64,000 nt of DNA from Octopus vulgaris (taxonomy: Eukaryota). The position numbers were made by a program, and so were the translations under genes. The stretch is from assembly GCA_951406725.2 (NCBI GenBank), contig OX597818.1:72602001-72666000 (forward strand), given 5' to 3'. Position 1 is the stretch's first letter. Every line of letters begins with the position of its first letter. This document shows positions 11,687 to 24,270 of the stretch, in pieces. A model generated the notes under the pieces. That model saw only the letters and a list, made by a program, of their open reading frames with translations. It was not told the DNA's origin and ran no database searches.

Positions 11687-11687
<1 letters not shown>
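8901..11687 (-). mobile_element. 480-bp tandem array (~5.8 copies) with one hammerhead per unit; retrozyme / PLE pseudo-LTR array
   Basis: Units start at 8901, 9381, 9861, 10341, 10821 and 11303 and differ by only a few substitutions or indels. (TA)n flanks both sides. Each unit has a hammerhead. Confidence 0.9.
9161..9218 (-). ncRNA. Type I hammerhead ribozyme (unit 1; also 9641-9698, 10601-10658, 11563-11620; G8A variants at 10121-10178, 11081-11138)
   Basis: Minus strand reads AGUUCUG-CUGACGA-U-CAUU-agacguaaguug-AAUG-U-GAAA-UCAC-G-GUGA-UA-CAGAACU. It has a perfect 7-bp stem I, an intact core and a palindromic stem III. Confidence 0.85.
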
Positions 11688-11749
<62 letters not shown>

Positions 11750-11756
<7 letters not shown>

Positions 11757-12980
11757 CAGGTACCAAATACATGCACATGCATATACATACATGCGCAAAA
11801 ACATCCATTAATACATATACATATATAAAGAGATTTTATCCTTTTACATCATACAAAAGATATATGCATGTACATACATAGAGTTCGCAAATCAAAAGGT
11901 GAGTGATATGTCGTAACGGGGTGAGAGATTATTTACAATCTCAAGCTCAATTCAAGTGGTTGGCACATTTGAATTTCATTGTCTTAGTTACGGTTGGTTG
12001 GTTAAAATACACATACGTACATATATGCGCACATGCACACGTATACATAGATAAACATAAGCACATAAATACACACATACATACATACATACATACATAC
12101 ATACATACATACATACATACATGCATACATACATACATATGTATATATCTATATACATACATATATACATATGAAATTCAAATGTGCTAACCACTTGAAC
12201 TGAGCTTGAGATTGTAAATAATCTCTCACCCCGTTACGACCTATCACTCACCTATTGATTTGCAAACTCTATGTACGTAAATGCATATATTTTTTGTATA
12301 TAAGTATATGTATTAATGGATGTTTTTGCGCATGTATGTATATGCATGTGCATGTATTTGGTACCTGTGTGTATATATATGTATGCAGATTTAGACTAAA
12401 GTTTCGATTTTCGCCGTATGATATATGAATATAATGACATTGTATATTGTATTGCATTATTTTATTTTATTGAATTAATATACTGGCATCTCCCATATGC
12501 ATCTGTCTATATATTATGATATACTATATTATATATTGTATATGTAATATGTAATATAATATATTATATTATATTATGTTGTGGTACACTGTATTATATT
12601 ATACTATATTTTATGTGGTATTTTCCATCTACAATGTATTGTGAATAGCAGAATGCACATATTCATTTATTGGTATTATTATTAATAATAATATTAATAT
12701 TAATAGTTTTTAGTTATGTAATGCAATGAACTTTGGACTTTGTATATGTACCCTTTGATGTATATATATTTGATTAACTGTAACCTTATGTGTATGTATA
12801 TTATTATGTATATACTTATATATATGTATGTGTAGGTGTATATACAGTTATATATATATATGTATATATGTATATATGCATATCCTTGTATATGTGTACC
12901 TTGTTTAATATTTTTATTTCCATTTTATATCTTCATTTTATATCTTCATAATTGTACTTTATAATCTCTGACAATGCCTT

Positions 12981-13022
<42 letters not shown>

Positions 13023-13297
13023 TAACTCACTTTTAACTGCATATTACCTCAATACATCTGACTAATATGGGCATTATGAGATACCCTTATCTACAGGTTG
13101 AAACAGCCGTAAGATTCATTTTATATGTATTATTTTTATGGTATTATCTTACTTATTGATGTATATTGTTTTACTCTGTCTTATTCTGTTGGATTTGTAT
13201 GTTCCTATTAAATTTAATTAATTAGTTAATAAATTATATGAATTGGTATTATCTGGAAGTTGATGATTGAAAGGAATCTATTCCTCCATTTTCTTAT

Positions 13298-13300
<3 letters not shown>
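11750..13300 (+). mobile_element. Non-autonomous PLE-LTR-like element with inverted 5' segment and hammerhead
   Basis: Inverted arms at 11750-11979 and 12171-12375; hammerhead-like motif at 12963-13116; flanked by (TA)n. Confidence 0.6.
12963..13116 (+). ncRNA. Type I hammerhead-like motif with expanded stem II containing (TA)n
   Basis: aatct-CTGACAA-t-gcct...aggt-t-GAAA-cagccg-TA-agatt. Confidence 0.55.
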
Positions 13301-13329
<29 letters not shown>

Positions 13330-13334
<5 letters not shown>

Positions 13335-13500
13335 TTGTTCCCTCTTCATTGCTTGTCAATGGTGTGTTTACGCCCCCGTAATGTCATGGTTCTGCAAAAC
13401 AGACCGATAGAATAAGAAGTAGGTTTTTAAAAAATAAGCTTTGGGGTCGATTGTGCTCCAGCATGACTGCAGTAAAATGACTGAATTAAAAGTATAAAAG
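13330..13500 (+). mobile_element. SINE 3' part
   Basis: gaccgatagaataag...ggggtcgat...gctccagcatg...aatgactgaa matches the reverse complement of 63020-63200. Confidence 0.7.
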
Positions 13501-15269
13501 AATATGTATGACATCTGCTCTCTGGAGTTGTTCGATACCTTGATATCACTCCAATGTGTACTCCTCACCTGCATAACACTTCTGTGTCATTCATTAATTT
13601 ATATCCACCCACTAGACCCTGTACAAACCATTTTGACTAACTTTTCTTCACCATAGTTTCTTGCAGCTGTCGACATGTAACATTCCGTCGCTATCAACCT
13701 CGTTAATCTCATGTCGGTTCTGGAGGCTCTGCAAAGGAGATGGTCTCCGCATCTTATAACAGACAACAGTAATAAAAAAAAAACCCAGAGAATATGGCAC
13801 ATTTAACACACTTCTATCTTTTACACGACCACCTCGTCCTTTGACACTCCTAACAGAGTTTACAGGTGCAAGGATTCCTGCTTGTTCATTTATTTTTGGT
13901 AGTTAATTTACCTGAAGTAGATGAGCGCGTCGCTTGGTGTTTAGGGTGTTGAACGTCTGATTGTATGATTGCGGTTTTGATTTCTGGACCAGGCGATGCG
14001 TTGTATTCTTGAGCAAAATACTTTTAAGCCCACTCAGATGGCGAAGATGATTATTCTTGTGACGGACCAGCGTTTAGTCCTGAGGAGGGGAGTATATACG
14101 CCAGAGAATCTGGGAAGACCAGTCCTATAAATATATATGGCTCTGGAATGAGCTTTATTCTTTTACTTTATCTGAAGAGGTTGAGGGGTCAGGTGTTTCA
14201 ATGCTACGGTTCTGGAAGTAGCTACATTATTATCATCTCTGGTCCTCTATCCTGCTTTAACTTAACAATATACACTATAACAATAGGGATTTTCAACGTT
14301 GAAATGTTTGTAGAGGTGCTTGCAATAAATGCAGTATGCTTTAATAGCAGGAAGCTCATTAGAGTGCTGATTATATTTGATAGCTACCATAGTTTTGTCA
14401 CATTTAAAGCAAATTTGCAATTGCGATGGAACTGAAGCATTATGAATTCTTTTAGGCAATGCATAACAGCGGAGATTTTCATTCCTACTTCCATTGTGAC
14501 CCGACACGAGTGAAATTTCAAGTTATTAAAAAGTAATTATTTTTGTAAAATTTGAACTGTCCTTGTTTGTACTTCAGAAAATTTATTGTAAACAGTAACT
14601 AAAAACATGCAAACAAATAAACATATTTCGTCTGTTAAAAAATTGAAATTCTCTATGCACAGAATTAATTGTGTTTTATGTTAATTTATTGAATGGTTCA
14701 AGTTATAAACCATGTAATACAAAATAAATTTGCAATGAAATTTTAAGTTATTTTGTGTTTTGTGTAATGAATGTGAATATATTCTTTTAATTTATATTTG
14801 TGTTGAGGTTTTATAATTTGTGACGCTATTTAAGGTTTATAAAAAGTATTTTGTGACGATAAATTTAACAATAATCCTACATAGTTTAAACAGCTTCATT
14901 TCAGACGTAAACTGAAAATAAAACAATATTTAACACTTCATTTTAAACACCAGATTATATTGTTACTGGGAATTAAATTTATTGTAAATCCTTTCACAAT
15001 TCAAAAGAATCGGTTTAAAATCCTTGCATGCAAGATGAACAAAATAATGATAAAACGTCATGCTTGTTCACATCTTTCGGCACAATCTGCGACTGTAATT
15101 CCCCTCTGTGTGAGTTATGCACCTCAAGAGTAGAACCTAGAAATGATTGAAGAAAAGAATACGAAAAATTGTTTCTTATAATGTACACTACATCAACTAC
15201 TCGTGTACACAACTGGACACACAAGGTTTTACATTGTCATTAGACCTGCTAGAAATAGCAAACATGAGG

Positions 15270-16209
15270 GAGGCCATATCGTCTTGTCACAAAAACCACT
15301 GAAATGCTCCTTGCACCAACACTTTGTCAAATTGGATGTTTAGGCCAGATACCGTCTTGAGTGTAGATGTAACGGTCACCAAAACTTTCTGTGACCCGGG
15401 GTAACACTTTTTCATTCAACATTTCCATATAAATTTCACTGTTGACCTTTACACCAGCATCGATGAAGATCAAAGGAGACTTGAACCCGTCAGATGCAAC
15501 TGCGGCCGATACCATGGGGAAGCTGGCTGCTGACGGCGTAAACGACTCCTACTATCTTCGGACAAGTATCCTGCATTACGTGCATAAAGCCTGACATTCT
15601 GCCCGTTGGTAACTACCTCCATAGTGAAGATCACGTCGGACCACATCAACACTTTGTTAGCGGCGCGCTTCATCTCTTAGAAACTGCTGAAATCAACTGC
15701 TGAGATTGTTTCTTGCTTGCAGTTAGCTTTAAATCTTCTTTTAAAATTCTGAGCATTGATGATTTCGAAATATCAAGAGCTTTTGCAGTTTTTGTTTTGT
15801 TCATTTCTACGGGGATTTCAGTTGATTCGCTTCTTCACGGCTTCACCAGTTTGTTTAGTACGAATTTATCTTTTCTTAGATTATTTAGTACGAATCGATC
15901 TTTTGGCTTGCTAGAGGTAGTAGCGGACTCCCTATATCGTTTCCAGTTATTGAACACTGTTTCACGGCACACATTCAGCCGTTTTGTCATGTTCTTTTTG
16001 CTCACTCCAGCTGATTTCAAAACGACAATCAGTTGATGTGTTGCTTTCGACGCCATGTTTCCTTACAAACCTGTTATAGACAAACGAAACAATAGACACA
16101 TAAACAAATGACATATGCAGATCTTTATGTAAAATGTAGATAATATTACTTGAATCGATATTCTTTAGGAAGAGTTTCAAACATGGGTAAATCTTTCTGG
16201 GAAACCCTG
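15270..16209 (-). mobile_element. Tc1/mariner-superfamily transposase remnant
   Basis: HTH region MASKA...LNVCRETVFNNWKRYRE, then MWSD, MVSAAVASDG.KSPLIF...KVNSEIY.EML...YTQDG. TA|CAGGG terminus at 16209. Confidence 0.8.
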
Positions 16210-17518
16210 TACATCTTTTTAATTGTTCTTTGACTGCCTCTTGCATCGCAATAGCCAGAGCTTAGCGGATAAAATATGATTCACAGGTAGCAATTTTCAT
16301 AGATGTTTATATATCCAGGATAGTGACGAGAAATGTAATTTAGATGGGCGATGTGCGTTCATCTAACAAGTCTGCCACTATTCCTCTAGCTGTTAAGCGA
16401 AGAGTTCTCTTATTTGTCGTCTCTAGTAACCAATCAGAGTAATATACAAATAAGACGTGCCTGACCTAATACGCCTGACCTATGAGTGAAGAGTACGTTG
16501 TGACAGTGATGTCATTGTTGACCACCGTGATAACGAAGTCATATTTTTGTTTGTCTAAATCCAAGCATTTGACACTCACATTGATTGCATCTGTTTCAAG
16601 TAATTGTTATCGATGAGCAAAATTATGCAAATCAATTCCAAGGATAAAGATATGTTGATAAGGAGCTAAACCTATGCACTCATGAAGTATTTTATGCCTT
16701 TTTTCAAGCAGTTTTATTGCTTTTTATAAAGAAAATGATTTGTTTTATAAAATTTTGCTATATAATCTTGCATTCTGTGTTCTTCAAACAATTGATAGAG
16801 TTGTGCATAACAGGGCACGATATGTCTGGTAATAGAAAGTAATTTAGAGAAATTTATTATTAAACTAGCTTAAAAGCTTCACTCCGTACAGACTAGCAAG
16901 CTTGCTACTGCGGAGGGCTAGTTGGGTCTGCAGTCCAAAACTAAAGAGGGCTAAATACCATGAATGTAATTCATTTATAATGACTATATGCCCCGGTGGG
17001 GTTTGATCTGAGGATAAGAATTAATTCTGATAAGAATTAATTCTGTAATAGAATCATTCTATTGTTCTAGTAACGATTTTAATTCCAACTGTTGACCAAT
17101 TTGTCCCAAAGTTCTTATCTCGACGTAAAATTAACGAAGCGAATGTCATTTATCTCTCCCTTGATCTCTGACGTCATCAAACAAACGCTAACCAGGATAG
17201 TGTAAATCAACCAAGATTTGCTTGTAAGAAATAGCAACCCAAATTCTTTTAAATCAGATCCCAATGCTGGATGTTCAAGAACCAAACGAAGGGCAGATTT
17301 TTAATCCCGAGTCCATCCTGAATTCAGAAAGGTATAATATGTCTATGTAGAGCAAATGTAGACTGAGATACACGGGTTCCAGATAGAATTTCGTGTTTAC
17401 TATTATAGATTTAATTGTTCTACAGCTTCTGTAAACTTTGCGTAGAACATTCCATCTACTGTCCGCAGATTCTGAAAGATAGGTGCTCCTTTCATTCTAC
17501 AATATTTCGTCGACAAAA

Positions 17519-17735
17519 GGCGGCGAGGTGGAAGAAACGTTAGCACGCCGGGCGAAATGCTTAGCGGTATTTCGTCTGTCATTACATTCTGAGTTCAAAT
17601 TCCACCGAGGTCCACTTTACCTTTCATCGTTTCGAGGTCAATAAAGTAAGTACCAGTTGCATACTGGAGTCGATCTAATCGACTGGCCCCCTCCCCCAAA
17701 ATTTCGGGCCTCGTGCCTAGAGTAGAAAAGAATAT
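17519..17735 (+). mobile_element. tRNA-derived SINE (second family)
   Basis: ggcggcgaggtggaagaa...gagttcaaattcc B box, cctttcat, aagtaccagt core. Many copies in this window. Confidence 0.8.
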
Positions 17736-18145
17736 TATAATGTAACTATTCAAATTCTTTACGGCTGACGTTGTTTAACTATGTAAACGCCTATGTACGT
17801 AAAGGTTTCCTTTTCTAGAAATACTACGAAATTCTTTGGCCAGTTTACAATTGTATTTTATTTTAATATTTCTTTCATGTATAGTTACTTTCAAACAATT
17901 TTAGTTATTTCTCTCATTTGAAAATTTGAAAATTTGAATTTCAACCATGTCTATTTGTTAAAAATACTTTTTCTCACACGCATGTACTTATATTGCACAT
18001 TAGAACGCACGTCAACAGCAGCTTTCACATTCCACTTACCATCTATGAGCTCACTTCATCAATAGCTTTACTACTTAATCGCACACATTTTAACCTCAAC
18101 ACATACACGTTTTTATGTCAGCCAATTTAAAATAGCATACATACC

Positions 18146-18355
18146 TATTTCTTTACTACCCACAAGGGGATAAACACAGAGAGGATAAACAAGGACAGAT
18201 ACACGGATTAAGTCGATTACATCGACCCCAGCGCGTAACTGGTACTTATTTAATCGCCCCCAAAAGGATGAAAGGCGAAGTTGACCTCGGCAGAATTTGA
18301 ACTCAGAATGTAACGGCAGACGAAATACGGCTACGCATTTCACCCGGCGTGCAAC
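18146..18355 (-). mobile_element. tRNA-derived SINE (second family)
   Basis: ggcagaatttgaactcagaa and gaccccagcgcgtaactggtacttattt are the reverse complement of the 17519 family. Confidence 0.8.
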
Positions 18356-18405
18356 ATTTCCACTCCCACTATATATTCACACACACATATATATATATCC
18401 ACACT

Positions 18406-18457
<52 letters not shown>

Positions 18458-18613
18458 CACTCCACCGTATATACGTCTCCAGACACAGATGCATTCTGAC
18501 AGTTACAACTAAATACACGTTCCTTCTTGCATTTCTAATACTCCTTCAAAAGAAAAGAATATTCTCCAGGTTTCTAACCCTAATAATTTTCCATGCCGAT
18601 TTCATTCATTCAT

Positions 18614-18656
<43 letters not shown>

Positions 18657-18844
18657 CTCTCTCTTTCTTTCTCTCTCTCCTTCTGTTAATGAAGGGCTAA
18701 TATAAAAAAGCAAAATAGAAAACCTATTTCCTTCTAACGTTAAAAAACTACCATTTTGGAGGAACTTTGCTCTCCTCATGCCGCACACCCTAATGTTTAT
18801 TGTCTTCATACTATACGTGAAGTGCATTCAGCATATTGTTAAAT

Positions 18845-19030
18845 ATACTTAGATCCTCATTCGATCTGTCCCAGAAGATGAAGCAATCATCAAAGAAGCG
18901 TTTCCACTTTTCATTGATATATTTTTTGTACTCTTGATCAAAAGTTTTTCTATTTCCTCATAAAGTTTTTCCTCCAAGTACGCCATAACTAAGTTTGCAT
19001 ATGATAGTGCAAACCGCGTACCCTCTCCAC
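18845..19030 (-). mobile_element. Penelope-like RT fragment
   Basis: GTRFALSYANLVMAYLEEKLY, then after a frameshift WKRFFDDCFIFW (PLE RT motifs 4-5). Confidence 0.8.
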
Positions 19031-19251
19031 ACGCATAGATGCACACATGCACAGACTCAAACACACACACAGACACACACACACACACATAAACACACAT
19101 ACATACATACATACATACATACATACATACATACATACACACACAATTGGATGTTTTGAAGGTAAGGCGGAGAATTGCATTTTTTTATTCCAAATGTGGC
19201 TCATCTCTACAAATGTTCAGGTATATATGTGTAGCATTTGATGTTCTAGCG

Positions 19252-19300
<49 letters not shown>

Positions 19301-19869
19301 TTTTATTTAAAAAAATAAAACTAATTTCTTTTCGCACTGAACTACATTTCATCGAAAAAATACTGCATAAGTGTGTTAATTTCCTTCAGATAGCCTTTAT
19401 ATTCATTTATTTAGTTCAGTTGCAGTACATTTTCCTCAAATGTAGAAGTAGCTATGCAGCTTTTTTTCAACGATGTATCCATACGAATATCTAAAGTGAC
19501 CTGAGGAATTCAGTCTCTGTTAGTCCTTCTTAAAGTATAATTTCGGTGACGAAATTATCAAAAAAACAAAGCAAAACAAAACAAAAAAGCAAAGAAAACG
19601 TAATCTACGTAGTAGAAATTACATTGAAATACGATATTTTGCTATAGATTCCGATATTATTCAAACATAGAATGATTTTTAGATAGATTAAAAGAAATCA
19701 AATGAAGTGGAAATAAATGAAAAAAATTTAAATAAGGAGGGAATGCGGTTTATTTTGACATTGTTAAAAATCTATAGGGAATAAATCTACGATATTTGAA
19801 TAGGTTAACTTATATTTTTACCTACATAATGTTTTATTAAAAACGATTATTTGGAAAGTACTAAAATGC

Positions 19870-22250
19870 TTTTCAGTATACAATGGACGCAGCTCAGAGC
19901 TAATTCTTTACCATGATTAAATAATCTGTATTTTGAGCTAAAGATATGGAATATTTCTTCCGAGCATAAATTACACTTCGAGTCCCAATAGTTGAAGCTC
20001 TACAAATTATTACCCATTTAATATCAAATTTAGTGTGTCATCATTTAAAAGTAAAATGAATTTACTGCAGAATGTACAATTCCGTTTATCCCTGTCTTTG
20101 AACGAAGAAAGGTGGTTACGCTTCTCTGGTTAGAGTCCGTAGAACATAACCCTATGTAATAAGTAAATATGCTACCCGCCGTTACTGTACATCTATAAGC
20201 TATATTTTTTCCGAAGTATTGTACCTCAAATGGACATAATTTGTTCCCAGAGGTACAATGATGCTTATTAATATCAATTCTATGCTTGCTACTTGTAGAA
20301 TTATTAGGTACTTCGTCAATATTAATACTATATCAATACGGTTTATTAGTTTCGCTATATGTTAAATTGGGTGTGTTATTAGATTCTTCTCTTCACATGA
20401 TTCGAATAAGCGAGGTTTGGGCCCGGTTATATCCCTTAAGCCATCTCCCGTAGGCTCATTATCGTTTACACTGGTATTATTAGACGAACATGTGTTTTTC
20501 ATTTCCCTAGAGTAATTCATGTTACGTTCCACACTATCGGTATAGTTATTATTACCACTAGGCACATTATTATTATCAACATTAGCATAATTATTAAGGC
20601 GCAATCTGGCAGAATCTTTAGTATTTCGTCCATCTTCATGTTCTGAGTTCAAATTCCGCGAAGGTTGACTTTCTCTTTTATCTTTCGAGATCGACAAAAT
20701 AAGTATCAGTTGAGCACTGGGGCTGATGCAATTAACTTACCTCCTCTCCGAGATTGCTGGCCTTGTGTCAAAATTTGGAATTTATATTAGATTTAATATT
20801 CCTGTGATGCAATAATGTGGACCATGTTTCTACTTCTCGGAAAGGCAAAACTAATTTTGTACCGATTAAAAATATGGCTATACTAGTTCTAATGCAGCAA
20901 AACATTTTGCTGGCGTGTTTGTTGCAATCTGTGTTCGAAGACAGCATTTTACCATATTATATGTCTAGATGTTGATTTTCTTTTAGGGGAGTGGTCACTT
21001 TCCTAAAAGATCTGTTAATAAGTACTTTATGGGGCTTATCTGAAATTATATCGTTATCCCCTATGTAATTATTCTTATTATTACGATTTTCGCTATGGTG
21101 AGGGTAAACTCCATTATCTTTGTCAAGGTTTTTTGTTTTACAACCACTTTGTGTATTACCAGTAGTTAGCATAGCGCTTATTCATATGTGCTTTGATTTC
21201 ATTTTTAGTGATACAGAATAGTTTATCATTGCATCCAGCTTATTACAGTACTTTTCATTCAACTAGAATCTTATTGCAGTACCTTTCACTCCTGAAAATC
21301 TCTTCATTAGTGGATGGTCTAGATACACGAAGAGTAATATTTTGAAATATAGAACCAATGATGTTTTTAGGATTATCTGAGATTTTAGATGTACTTACAT
21401 ATTTAAGGTTATCATTGGATTTGTGTTATGGTTGATATTCTCTCGTACCCAAATCCAAATTAACATCTAGAATATTCTCCCAACTATGTTTGCTTTCGAT
21501 GGAAATAGACAAACTTACACCTTTAAATAATTTAAAGAGCTTTTTCCCGTATCTTTAAATATTTATATCGCTATATATATATGCGTGTGTGTGTGCTTTG
21601 TTTTGGGGATATGCCTGATTGGTTTTACTCAATATCTTACATGTATACGGATTCACAGGATAGTTGAAATTATAGTCGACATATTTGTTATCAGGAACTT
21701 TATATCTGTTGTCAAATGTATTATTACCAATTTGCATAATGTTACACTTTGATAATTTCTGTACATTGAACAGCTGTGAAAAGCTGCTGGAGTTTCCTGG
21801 CTGACATCCTTAGAGAATCCTTTACTATATTAATTATTCTGCATCTCCGAAAGGTACGGATTTAGATTGCCACATGAGCCTCGAATCATACATTTCTTAA
21901 ACATCTTCCCAAGATGTTGGCTCACCATATGGATTAAGTGCTTCTACTGTCATCAATTCATTAATGATGCCTTTATCATTAAAATTATCTTCTTCATCTC
22001 ACTTGATTAGAATCTCCATTTCCATATAATCTCCATTTCTCGAATTCGATAGATTAGTAATATGCCTTAACATTTCCAAAATTATTATTTTAAGGATCAC
22101 GTTCAATAAATCTGTCCGCTTTATCTTAAACAGTCTCACTACAATATCTGTCAAAAGGGATTTGTACAGGAAAGAGATTAATTCTAATTTCATTATCGCA
22201 ACATATTTCGAATTATGTCACTCAGTTTGAAGGTAAGAGTTAATAACCTA
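19870..22250 (-). mobile_element. Highly decayed Penelope-like element with the RT core apparently deleted
   Basis: Minus strand gives QIPFDRY...DKADRFIER (N-term), ILDVNLDLGTREYQP.HKSNDNLKYV...RVSRPSTNEEIF (thumb) and KNIAYRCTV...YYIG (GIY-YIG). Same order as element 1-1465. Confidence 0.65.
20595..20782 (+). mobile_element. SINE inserted in the PLE remnant
   Basis: ctggcagaatc...gttctgagttcaaattccgc...ggccttgtgtcaaaattt. Confidence 0.75.
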
Positions 22251-22274
22251 ATGATTTTATAATTTTCCATCATA

Positions 22275-22798
22275 TTAGGTCGTCATTTTACCGATTTGAA
22301 GTAGGTGATTCAATATTGTCTGCTTTCTAACACCAAACAACAACGATAATTCACGGGCACTTTGAGATGGATCTGACTCGACAGTGACTTTCAGTTCGTC
22401 ATTATAAACATTTGTTTCTGGTCGGCTGCGTTGCTCATTTGTGAGGTCAAAGTTACCAGAACGAAATTTTGCAAACCAACTTGATAATGTCTGTTGTGTA
22501 ATAACATTAGAATGAAATACTCCGTTAATATTCCGAGCTGTGTGTGATACTGTATTTCGAAGAAAGAACTCATATTTCAAAACTGTACGAATTTCAGACT
22601 TATCATCTCTAAGCAAAAATAGCAAAAAACAATTTATAAATACTTTATAAAGTGCAAAATAAGTTAGAATAAAGAAATAGATGTGTCAGTTTTCTAACAA
22701 AAAATAGAGATTGTCAAAATATAATAATGGCGCAAAATGAGCAGCTGTCAAAGTTTACCATATATACCTTACTACCAATTTCATACTTGACAACCTAA
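22275..22798 (-). mobile_element. Internally deleted mariner element with TIR ends and TA target duplication
   Basis: TA|TTAGGTCGTC ... GACAACCTAA|TA. ORF reads EIRTVLKYEF...TARNIN...WFAKFRSGNFDL.NE.RSRP...RELS (mariner HTH). Confidence 0.88.
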
Positions 22799-22799
22799 T

Positions 22800-23350
22800 A
22801 GAAAAGTGGATCGTGCTCTCCTTTCATTGCTCTTTGTGCTAATTTGAATTGCATCCCAACAAATATTAGTGCGTCCATTACTCTTGATAAACACAGGTTT
22901 AATGTCCAACCTTCACCGCCATCTTGGTCCTCGATAGGACATGTAAGTCGCTGGGCTACGATGAAGGGTAAATATGTTATAAAAGACGAGAGGAGTTTCA
23001 TTATTTTAAGACGAAAGTCATGTATAAAATAGTTATTTCTCAAGTTCATCGCCAATTCTTTGAAAGTCACAAAGTTAGAACATCTTGGGCTGTTGCTTTT
23101 CTCTATGCTTCTCACCATGTTGAGTACAGAAATTTGAATCTTATGTCTGCTACTTGTTGAGAGTTTTCACTACTATCTTCTAATATTTTATACTCGTGAC
23201 TACAAGCATTATTAGCACTGATAATCACATCTAGAATAACACTTATCTGAGGGACGCATCTTCTATTATTCTTTTTCTGTATTCTAATATCATCGATCAT
23301 TTTTAAAAGATATCGTAATGTTGCGCAAATTATTGGGACTCGTTCCCTAA
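22800..23350 (-). mobile_element. Possible very old LINE RT remnant
   Basis: RRCVPQISVIL resembles GVPQGSVL; TYLPF resembles YLG. Heavily mutated. Confidence 0.3.
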
Positions 23351-24192
23351 AGGATTTTTATAGCTCGTGCCTTGCTTCTGTTTCGTGTTATATTTCTTTG
23401 ATTTATTTTCTCGCCAATACACAACAGGTGTTACCATTTTGTGATAACATTCCTGTAGAAACTTCTACACATGTTACACGTGCAGTTACTTGTGCATTTG
23501 AAATTTCGAACAATTGAAAGTTGACTTTCTCTTTTGTCGTATGTTTGGTTTAACTTTCATTTCTGAGGTCAATCACAGTGAATCAGAGATATGCAGTAAA
23601 ATGTAGGTTTTTAAGCGGGAGAATGAAGAAAAACAGTTACTAATGCATATCTAACAAATTAAATATATAGAGAAAACGAATATTTTGGAAAAAAAACGTA
23701 CGCCAACAATATAGTTGATTTAACAAATTTGATTATACCTACAGACGATATTAACTTATAATCGCAAAATTATAATCATAACGAAATAAGAAAACATGAT
23801 TTTTCCATCACTTCAGAGTTTGTGATTTATTAAAAGGAAAGAGATATTAAAAACAAACAAACAAGCAATTAAACGTGGCAATCCAAGATAAAATCAATAT
23901 GCATACCAAACAACAATGAATAATAATCAATGAATTTGTAATCACAACAAAGGACGAAAAAGCTCCAAATGTCGATCACTAACGAATCTGTGAAGGGAAA
24001 ATTAATTAACAGAATAGAATTATTAATTACAAAAGCTATTTCTACTTAACAGACCATCCAAGACTGTTTTAAATACACCTACCAAGTAACAATTTCTTAT
24101 ACATACAAAGTTGTAATTATGACGCAGGAGGCAAATTTGAAGATTTCGTACAATTTTAGCTTGTGTAAAGTTTAAATTGTTTGCTGAAACAA

Positions 24193-24270
<78 letters not shown>

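Noticed and set aside
8901-11687. CRISPR array or 5S rDNA/snRNA tandem cluster
   Set aside because: There are no unique spacers and no recognisable 5S, tRNA or snRNA sequence in the unit; the context is eukaryotic.
14262-14507. Short ORF with CxxC pairs (CFKC, CIYC)
   Set aside because: No splice signals or recognisable family; insufficient evidence for a gene.
21700-22193. Death-domain-like helix and RHIM-like MQIGNN on the minus strand
   Set aside because: The frame has many stops, and neighbouring frames give PLE N-terminal and thumb motifs, so it is better explained as decayed PLE.
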